64,000 nt of DNA, from NCBI GenBank assembly GCA_964452165.1, contig CAYVKP010000001.1, forward strand, positions 1,715 through 65,714. Reading direction: 5' to 3'. The notes beneath the pieces are model-generated. The model was not told the origin of the DNA and did not search any database. It saw only the letters and a list, made by a program, of their open reading frames with translations. Of this stretch, positions 18,113 through 24,973 are shown piece after piece. Position 1 is the stretch's first letter. Every line of letters begins with the position of its first letter. A program made the translations under genes and the position numbers. The DNA is from an uncultured Gammaproteobacteria bacterium. GTDB taxonomy: Bacteria; Patescibacteriota; Microgenomatia; Levybacterales; GWA1-39-11.

Positions 18113-19038
18113 ATAAGTTTCATCTGATTTTGCTTTTTAGTTTCGGCTTTTTGCACAAATACCTCATCTACTCTCTTTGGCAAGGTTTTGAATTCGAATT
18201 CTTCAAGTGCTTTTTTGAACCCATCGACGTCAATTTTTGAAGCAAGACAATCATCAAAGTCACATGAAAAAGGCGCATCGGTCAAAATAGTCGCAAGAGT
18301 GTGAGAAATTTGTCCTGACTCTGCCCCATCAATCAATTTTTGGGCCAAATTTTTATTTTTAACCGCAATCTCATCTAAGTGCTTGTAAATATTGTCAAAA
18401 TTTCCATACGCATTAATCAAAGTTGCCGCGGTTTTGGGGCCGACACCCGGAACTCCGGGATAATTATCCGATGCGTCACCTGTCAAAGACTTTAAGTCTA
18501 TTATTTGCGCCGGATCTACTCCATATTGAGCACGGACTGATTCTTCATCGTGAATCTTAACCTCTGAAATTCCTTTTATAGGCATTAATACTAAAGTCTT
18601 ATGATTCACAAGCTGTAACATATCGCGATCTCCCGTCACAACATAAACGATATTTCCCATATCTTTTGCCCTGTGCGCCAAAGTTCCAATCACATCATCT
18701 GCCTCAAATCCATCTACTCCAATTTGCATAATTTTTGCTTTATTTAAAATTTCAATGATTGCCCCGAACTGATCAGATAGGTCTGACTCCATCTTTGGAC
18801 GTTGTGCTTGATAGCCAACGTACATTTGCTGACGGAAAGTTGGCTTTGGGCGGTCAAAAGCAACCACAACATGAGCCGGTTTTAGCTGCTGAAATAGTTT
18901 TAAAAACATTCCGAAGAATCCTGAAATTGCGCCTGTCGGGACTCCGGCCGAAGTTGTAAACGGAGGCATTGAATGATACGCGCGGTGGACAAGTGCCGAA
19001 CCGTCAATAAGCATAAAAACTTCCTTTTTAGCTTCCAT
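18109..19038 (-). CDS. 5'-3' exonuclease (FEN / Pol I N-terminal domain homologue)
   Basis: LIDGSALVHRAYH, VTGDRDMLQL, and the H3TH motif GDASDNYPGVPGVGPKTA. The ORF is open up to 19140, but MEAKK (ATG 19038) follows a TATAAT at 19046-19051, and the extra 34 codons run into the island boundary hairpin. Confidence 0.9.
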   Translation of the reverse strand: MEAKKEVFMLIDGSALVHRAYHSMPPFTTSAGVPTGAISGFFGMFLKLFQQLKPAHVVVAFDRPKPTFRQQMYVGYQAQRPKMESDLSDQFGAIIEILNKAKIMQIGVDGFEADDVIGTLAHRAKDMGNIVYVVTGDRDMLQLVNHKTLVLMPIKGISEVKIHDEESVRAQYGVDPAQIIDLKSLTGDASDNYPGVPGVGPKTAATLINAYGNFDNIYKHLDEIAVKNKNLAQKLIDGAESGQISHTLATILTDAPFSCDFDDCLASKIDVDGFKKALEEFEFKTLPKRVDEVFVQKAETKKQNQMKLI

Positions 19039-19064
19039 TGACCATATTATACAGGAGTTTTTGC

Positions 19065-19165
19065 CAATAAAAAGGGCGGTTGAGGAAGAAAAGTGAAAAT
19101 CATCATGAAGATGAAGCAAGTAGCATAAGCTACAGGTCACGATTCTATCAAACCGCCCTTTCGAA
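19065..19165 (-). terminator. long-loop inverted repeat / terminator-like element at the left island boundary
   Basis: Perfect 11-bp arms AAAGGGCGGTT (19071-19081) and AACCGCCCTTT (19151-19161). On the minus strand the stem is followed by TTTTTATT. The 69-nt loop contains the hairpin GTAGC-ATAA-GCTAC. Confidence 0.35.
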
Positions 19166-19410
19166 CTCAGTTCGCATTGTAAGATTCATCCCGCCGGAAA
19201 GAAGGTGAGCAAGCATGTAGCTCAGTTTCTACCCAAAGGGATATACACCTGGAAGGTGAAGGATCTTACAAAGAGTGTCTCCAGAGGAGACAGGTACAAG
19301 GCAATCGCCTTGTGGTCCTGTCGTCCTCCTTCGACGCTTTGGGACGCACCTATGTGGTCCGGCTGGCAGCTAGGCTGTCAGACGTACGACATCAGGCCGT
19401 GTCCGTGAGA

Positions 19411-20835
19411 TCACCTGCGGACAACCGTCGCGACCGCGGCACCGGAGATGAGGAGAACCACCATGACACCAGCAACGATGGTCCAGATCGAACTCGAGGA
19501 GGAGCTCATGGCAAGACCTGCGTCACCGGTAGCCGGTGGCTTGATCGAAGGCGTCAGCGGCGCGTCGGCGGTGTCCACGGGGCGTGGAGCCGGTTCGGAG
19601 CCGTTGTAGTAGCCGTTGATCGCGGGCGTGTCAGCGTCACCAGCGTTCGTCGTGGTGCGACCATCGAACGTCGAGGACGTAGGAATGGGCACGTTAGATG
19701 CCGAAGGTGACTGTGCGAAGGCATCGTTCGTCGAGAAGACGTTGCTACTGACGAGCGGAGCCGGACCCTGACCCGTTGCGTAGTCCTTGACGGTGACCGT
19801 GTCTGTCGCCTGAGCGTTCACAGGATCGCTAGACGCCGTGTCGGCCGTCGTGTTGGACTGGTTGACCACGTAGACAGCGATGCAGAAGCCGGAGGGGTTC
19901 TCAGGCGCAGCGCATGCGGTCTTGGAGGCGACAGCGACGATCAGCAGACACGTAGTGCCAGGTGACGCCGTAGCGCAGCCGTTGTTGGTCAGGTTGTTCG
20001 TGTTCTGGCCGGCCAGGTTCGGCAGGCTCAGGTAGTTCGCCAGGCCAGGGTTCGAAGCGCCGATGACGACGGCGTCGAGCTGGCTGAAGTTAAGCAGACC
20101 CTGTTGTACCACGGGAAGTACGCCGAGAATTCGGCCGTCGATCAGGACCGTCAAGTGAGCGTTCGGGATCGACACAGCGTCGCGGATGTCGAGAACAGCG
20201 CCGTCAGAGCCAGCGGCCGGGACGAGTGCGTTCGTGACGTCGTTGACAGAGTTGCCCCTATTCGTGGCCTTCTCGTCACCGGTGGGGCTCGTCTGGTATG
20301 CAGCGACCGTGATGGATGCCGGCAGGCCAGTAAGCCTTAACGTGGCGGTAAGGACGATGTTCGGCACGCCGAGGTAGTTCGGCAGGCTCAGGTTGTTACC
20401 CAGCGGGTAGTTGGACTCCTGGACGTTGGTCTTGCCGAGAGTCGTTCCGGGGGCCATGTTGGTGCCCGAGTTGGCCAGGTTGGCCAGGTTCAGTTGGCTA
20501 ACGACTACGTAGTCGATGCCACTGCTGGAGAACGTAACGACCTTTTCGGCGAGGAGGATACCTCCAGGATCCGATCCGGTGTAGACGTCGTGCAACGAGT
20601 TGTTCGTCTGGACGGTCGACGCCGCAATACCTGGGGTCGAGTCAGACGTTGCCGCGGCAGTAGGAGCCGGCGAAGTCCAGAAGGCCGTCAAGCCAAACAG
20701 AACTGCTACCGTTACTGCCAGGGCGAAGAGCTTTGCCAGCGACACGCGCGGAGGCGGGTCCTGATAGTTGGTTGTGTGTCTGGTTTTCACCGGACACTCC
20801 TTTCCTTGCAAGGAAATGCCTGCATTCTGCAGCAT
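19411..20835 (-). CDS. cell-surface protein with sortase-type C-terminal sorting signal
   Basis: C-terminus KPPATGDAG + hydrophobic helix IWTIVAGVMVVLLISGAAVATVV + RR tail. N-terminal signal/anchor LAKLFALAVTVAVLFGL. Internal NLSLPNYLG/NYLSLPNLAG repeats. The likely true start is GTG 20790 (AAGGAG 6 nt upstream). Confidence 0.75.
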   Translation of the reverse strand: MLQNAGISLQGKECPVKTRHTTNYQDPPPRVSLAKLFALAVTVAVLFGLTAFWTSPAPTAAATSDSTPGIAASTVQTNNSLHDVYTGSDPGGILLAEKVVTFSSSGIDYVVVSQLNLANLANSGTNMAPGTTLGKTNVQESNYPLGNNLSLPNYLGVPNIVLTATLRLTGLPASITVAAYQTSPTGDEKATNRGNSVNDVTNALVPAAGSDGAVLDIRDAVSIPNAHLTVLIDGRILGVLPVVQQGLLNFSQLDAVVIGASNPGLANYLSLPNLAGQNTNNLTNNGCATASPGTTCLLIVAVASKTACAAPENPSGFCIAVYVVNQSNTTADTASSDPVNAQATDTVTVKDYATGQGPAPLVSSNVFSTNDAFAQSPSASNVPIPTSSTFDGRTTTNAGDADTPAINGYYNGSEPAPRPVDTADAPLTPSIKPPATGDAGLAMSSSSSSIWTIVAGVMVVLLISGAAVATVVRR

Positions 20836-21562
20836 GGGTTGTGAAAAGAACGTTCCTCCCTCGCACCTTGCGAGATAGATCTTAGCTCTAAGCTATCCAC
20901 TTTGTGTACGGGTGTCTTTCCGGCGTCTGTCCTCGATGCCTCCCTCGGATGAGATCACTGCTGAGAACATCAAGGGCCAGGCCTTTCAGACTTTCCCGAA
21001 CTTTCGAGATCATCCCCTTTCAGTACTGCCTCTACGGTCAGTACTCTATTTCCAAGAGCTTGCCGAAGCGGGCGGCGGATCACAAGGCTACGCGGGGTGT
21101 ACCCGTTTCAGACTCGCTCTGAGAAAGCATTGGAGGGACGCCCCTTTTCCCTACGGACCAATCCGGCACTTTGCCGAACTTAAAATGTGTTGGGACGTCC
21201 CCTGATGATTAGCAGGTCTTCGATTCAAGCGAACACGTGCCCTGCACGTAATGCGTACAAATCCGCTCGTTTTCCGTTCAGCCGAATGCGTTGACGCACG
21301 GTTGATCTTTGACCTGCTCGTGGGAGCTCACCTCATCAGGGTGGCTTCTGGTAGTGATGCACCTTGCATCTCCTTTCTATTGATAGTAATCATCTCCGAC
21401 CCGAGCACCGAGAGCAGACTTTCGTCGCTGGCTCGACAACCGGAGAGAATCCCCTTAGTGGGAGACGTCCCATTTTTACTTACCCCACAAATGCCCGTCG
21501 TAAAGACAGGTTCCTCCTTTCTGAACTAGGAGCTGGACGCGGGACGTCTCCGGCGGCAATGG

Positions 21563-21750
21563 GTTTAGACAGTCAATACGAACCCTCCTTTCAGGGTTAT
21601 TCAGATAAGGCTCCGGGGAGTGAGCCTGGATCTGGCTGGTGGGAGGTAGCAGCAATAGACAGGGGGACAGGACCCTGTACTCGGCGCTTACTGCTACCAG
21701 ATGGTTTGGGAGGAACCCTACCATCCTTTTCCCAAGAACGTGCAAGTCCG
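21563..21750 (-). repeat. internal structured module, copy I
   Basis: Shares ordered blocks with copy II: ATAC, hairpin, AGATAAGG, hairpin, CCTGGATCTGGCTGG, GGTA..GCAG stem, AGATGG...CCATCCTTTYCCC, GTGCA(A)GTC. Confidence 0.6.
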
Positions 21751-22075
21751 AGGATTTCTCCTTGGACTGGGAATGGCTATGGAGACCATGGAGCGATGGG
21801 TCCAGAGGGCCTCCTGGTTGTTAGGGCGGAGCTCTTATCCGTGTCAGTGCGTTGTAGACATTTGCACTTTCCATGGCACCCTTCCTCTTTCGAGAATGGC
21901 TGGAGATCCGGCCTCGTACGAGTGGTCGCCTCTTATGAGGACTGAGCAGCTGGCTGCAACCAGACTTTTATATCTCAGCAACGACCATAGGCTGTGCTGC
22001 CATTAGGGCGGAGAGCGTGACCGGGTCACTATGCAAACGCGTCTGTTAAGAAGCGTCCACTTCCGGTTTACCTCC

Positions 22076-22250
22076 ACCATACTCGACTCCTCCCTTCGAG
22101 TCTTCCTAGATAAGGTCTCAGCACTAGACCTGGATCTGGCTGGCGGGGTACGGCAGCTGAAACACGAATGCGATCGTGACACCACTGCCTAAAGATGGGT
22201 TCCAAGCCATCCTTTCCCCGATGAAAAGTGCAGTCTCCTCACGATGAGAA
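22076..22250 (-). repeat. internal structured module, copy II
   Basis: See copy I. It lies about 510 nt away in the same orientation. Confidence 0.6.
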
Positions 22251-22522
22251 GACGTAGTTTTCCAGGAGGTGAAGGTCTCTTCACTTGCGCAGGCCACCAC
22301 GCGAAGAGAGCTTGCACCACTAGCCTGGTGAGTGTCGTCAACCGCCATACCACAGATCGTGGTAGTCCAGCACAAGGCGGAGACAAGACAACTCCTGGAC
22401 TCATCGAGATAGCAAGATGAGCCTAATTTGCGTCATTCAAGTGGAAAGCCATTCCACAAGAAAGTTATTTTGAATAACGAACAACAATAAAATAAAACTA
22501 AAATTTGATTTTTGTAAAATCC

Positions 22523-22546
22523 TTAAAAAAGACTCCTTCTGGAGTG
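22523..22546 (-). terminator. intrinsic terminator inside leader A (minus strand ACTCC-AGAA-GGAGT + T6)
   Basis: Hairpin at 22531-22545 with A6 on the plus strand at 22525-22530. Confidence 0.6.
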
Positions 22547-22720
22547 TGGGGTTGTGAATTCAGACAATAAACAAACTCGTAATTATTGCCTCAGCTCACA
22601 ACCGGACACAAGCGCTATGCAAATAAGCGCTGTCAAAAGAAGTTATGCGAACTGGTTGTTAAAGTGCAAAACTTTTTTGCCAGAACGCATGCATTTGCAT
22701 AAAGGCATTATGTTATGTAA
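22523..22720 (-). promoter_or_regulatory. leader A: conserved 5' leader/sRNA-like element downstream of promoter A
   Basis: Shares ATTACATA, TGCATGC and the TTTYGC.CTTTAACAACCRGTT.GCR.AACTTCTTT block with leader B. Additional hairpins are AGCGCT...AGCGCT and GGTTGTGA...TCACAACC. Confidence 0.5.
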
Positions 22721-22724
22721 TGCG

Positions 22725-22753
22725 AGTATATCTCTAAGGGAATTGCTTTTCAA
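22725..22753 (-). promoter_or_regulatory. promoter A: TTGAAA-N17-TATACT
   Basis: -10 box is the reverse complement of 22725-22730, and the -35 box the reverse complement of 22748-22753. The spacer is exactly 17 nt. Confidence 0.6.
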
Positions 22754-22904
22754 TTGGGCATTTACTGTAGCCTGAGGGGGATTGGGCGCGGGAATAGGAT
22801 ATAGATGTTTGTCTTCTTGAAGAAGACGATGCAGTTTGACTGCTACATCAGGTCCTAAACCCGCGTCCGCACCGGTTGCGAATTTATTTGTTGTAGATCA
22901 CCTC

Positions 22905-24398
22905 CTATCTTCTGGTAGGAACTTGTGTCGCAAGACACTGTCCTGTCGCGATGACGTAATAGTCGCAGTTAGTCGGCGGCTGAGGATTTCCGCTTGGCTT
23001 CTGCGGCTGGACAGGCTGTTGCTGGACCGAAGGACCCGAGTTGGCCTTGCCAACAATCTGGTACGTTGCGGTGTTGCTTACGAGCGGTGTGTTGCCGTCG
23101 TATAGCGTAATCCTAAGCGTATCAGTGCCAAGTGGCGGAGCAACATTGCCCGTCGATTGACAGCCTGTGCCGGCGTTCACGTATTTGCTGACTGGCCGAG
23201 TCGCCGGACTTCCGTCTTGGGGAGAGTCGGTAACAACTATCGTACCAGCCTGCGACACATTCCAGCAGAACTTACCACTCGTGTAGACCGTTATGACTGA
23301 TGGATCAGCCCAAACGCTCACAGTAGCGGCAGGTGGTGGAGGTGCCGGACGAGATGTCGGCGCGGGTGGTGGTGCCGCGGGCGCTTGGGGCGCAGGCGGA
23401 ACCTTGGTCGCTGTTGGCGGTGGCGCTTGAACCTGCTGAACTTGCGGAGCAGGCGTTGGCGGCGTGAACGACCCAATGTTGGGTGCTGGACCCGACTTTT
23501 TTTGAATCTCAACGGAAGTGGTGTCTACCGCGACTTTCACGTCGTCGACATATGCTACTGCAGCGATGCTGTAGATGCCAGGAATGACATTGTCGACGAT
23601 TGGAATCGTGGTGCAGGACTTTTCTTCCGAAGAATACCCATTCCACAACGGCGTTGGCTCCTCTCCTTCTCGGGAGAAAGTTGAAACTACTCTGTACCAG
23701 ATCTTCTTGTTGAGCTGGAAACAAAGAGTTGCGCGGTCTCCTTCGACGTAGACGTTCTTGCCGTCATTGAACCACACTTTTAGAGTGTAGCTGAACGGAG
23801 CAGGCGTTGATGTTGCCGTTGACGGTGCCGCCTTCACCTCAGGGTGATCGTAGTCATCCCTAAGTTGGGAGTGTAACCACCCCATCACAGGTGAAAAACG
23901 ACCCTTGGTGTCAATTATGTTCGCTGGAGAAATCTGTAGGCTGGTTTGCCATTTTTCACCAACGTTCTGCTGAACGAAGGTGATTTTTCCGTTCGCCACT
24001 CCGGTGACCAGCGCCACATGTCCCCAAGGCCACTCCTCGTTTTTCCCGAAAACGAGAATGTCTCCCGGAACAGGAGCAGTTGAAGAACCGTTTTCGTACA
24101 CGTTGGCGAAGTTAATGTTGTCCTTGTTTCCAAACATCTCAAATGCATTGAGACCCCAGTTGTAAGGACCCCATTCTCTCTCGCCCCAGTAACGCTGAAC
24201 GAATTCGACGCACTGCCACTCAATACCGTACTTTGACGAACGTCCGGAGTAGTAAAACGGGTCATCTCCGTTGGAGAAGATGTCCGTTTTGTCGTAGGTT
24301 CCAAGACGCTGTCCGAATGACGACGACGCCATAACGATACCTACGAAAATGAGGGGGCTCAATCCCAGAAGGACTGCAGCCCTGACTAACCTGATCAT
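22905..24398 (-). CDS. secreted CHAP-domain peptidoglycan amidase/endopeptidase with two beta-rich domains and Pro-rich linkers
   Basis: Signal peptide. CHAP catalytic pattern ...GIEWQCVEFVQRYW... (Cys) and ...WPWGHVALVTGV... (His). PAPQ/PPP linkers. Confidence 0.9.
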   Translation of the reverse strand: MIRLVRAAVLLGLSPLIFVGIVMASSSFGQRLGTYDKTDIFSNGDDPFYYSGRSSKYGIEWQCVEFVQRYWGEREWGPYNWGLNAFEMFGNKDNINFANVYENGSSTAPVPGDILVFGKNEEWPWGHVALVTGVANGKITFVQQNVGEKWQTSLQISPANIIDTKGRFSPVMGWLHSQLRDDYDHPEVKAAPSTATSTPAPFSYTLKVWFNDGKNVYVEGDRATLCFQLNKKIWYRVVSTFSREGEEPTPLWNGYSSEEKSCTTIPIVDNVIPGIYSIAAVAYVDDVKVAVDTTSVEIQKKSGPAPNIGSFTPPTPAPQVQQVQAPPPTATKVPPAPQAPAAPPPAPTSRPAPPPPAATVSVWADPSVITVYTSGKFCWNVSQAGTIVVTDSPQDGSPATRPVSKYVNAGTGCQSTGNVAPPLGTDTLRITLYDGNTPLVSNTATYQIVGKANSGPSVQQQPVQPQKPSGNPQPPTNCDYYVIATGQCLATQVPTRR

Positions 24399-24403
24399 GA
24401 CCT

Positions 24404-24973
24404 TTACTCCTTCTCGAATTTGAAGGTACTCAGGATTTGAGGTCCGATTCCCTTCATGATATTGAACGTAGCGGATTGGCTCGGCGAAATGCCGTAAAGC
24501 CTACTACCTTCTTGAATGAACCACCTGACGTAGACAGGGTGGACGTCCGGCTGTTCAAGCCAACGCTTCTGGTTAGTAAGTTCGAGACAGCTTCCGCTTG
24601 TCAGCGTGAAGGAACAAGGGGAGAAAACCAGGCGCTTGCCCGCATCCCCGAGTTGGTCTCTAACTGAAGCCTCTACGTCGTTAGCTGATGCCACCTTTTC
24701 GTATCGAATGACAGCAAAGCCTGCGTACAACTCGCCGTCGTTCTCAAATTCCAGGTGCAAGATGTTGCCCGGATCTGTCTCGTACGTATCCTTGTGGAGA
24801 TCGAGATCCTTGATCTTTCCCGAAAGCCACCCGTCCTGGAAGTCTTCCCAGTCCGCAGTACTTGCGGTAGCCGGAATGACTGGCAGGGTAGATACTGGCT
24901 TCTTGGTCGAGCCTCCGCATGCTGCGAGCAGTGGAAGCACTAGGAGCAGTAATACCGAGACTGTCTGTCTCAC
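24404..24973 (-). CDS. lipoprotein, hypothetical (possible partner/immunity protein of the CHAP enzyme)
   Basis: GTG start with a GGTAGAGG RBS. Lipobox LPLLAAC. The stop lies 5 nt before the CHAP gene start. Confidence 0.75.
   Translation of the reverse strand: MRQTVSVLLLLVLPLLAACGGSTKKPVSTLPVIPATASTADWEDFQDGWLSGKIKDLDLHKDTYETDPGNILHLEFENDGELYAGFAVIRYEKVASANDVEASVRDQLGDAGKRLVFSPCSFTLTSGSCLELTNQKRWLEQPDVHPVYVRWFIQEGSRLYGISPSQSATFNIMKGIGPQILSTFKFEKE

Larger units (their letters stand above)
20840..22430 (-). ncRNA. candidate large structured non-coding RNA / giant structured leader (unclassified)
   Basis: About 1.6 kb of GC-rich sequence with only short, overlapping, Arg-rich ORFs in all six frames. 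It holds many stable hairpins and GAAA/TTCG loops, plus an internal duplication with compensatory stem changes. A promoter and both flanking genes lie on the minus strand. The strand and ends are inferred. Confidence 0.5.

Noticed and set aside
19039-19140. N-terminal 34-codon extension of the 5'-3' exonuclease ORF (start at 19140)
   Set aside because: The extension (MTCSLCYLLHLHDDFHF...) has no homology-like pattern, covers the gene's own TATAAT box and runs into the island boundary hairpin. The conserved FEN N-terminus begins right after ATG 19038.
19205-19710. Plus-strand ORFs 19205..19408 and 19312..19710
   Set aside because: They are antisense to the 3' end and UTR of the surface-protein gene and have Arg-rich, nonsense-like composition.
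20904-22404. Eleven ORFs of 60-193 aa on both strands inside the GC-rich gap (for example 21364..21945 +, 22124..22375 -)
   Set aside because: They overlap one another in several frames and are Arg/Gly/Pro/Ser/Leu-rich, as expected from random GC-rich sequence. None has a recognisable motif or RBS. The region is better explained as RNA. A heavily decayed pseudogene cannot be fully excluded without tblastx.
20840-22430. Known structured RNAs (RNase P RNA, tmRNA, group II intron domain V, rRNA fragment, cobalamin or c-di-AMP riboswitch) as the identity of the GC-rich region
   Set aside because: I looked by eye for their hallmark strings (GAGGAAAGTCCGGGC / ACAGAACCCGGCTTA, the tmRNA tag region, a GAGCCGTAT...GNRA...ACGGTTC-type D5, the B12 box) and did not find them. 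This is a weak negative and needs cmscan.
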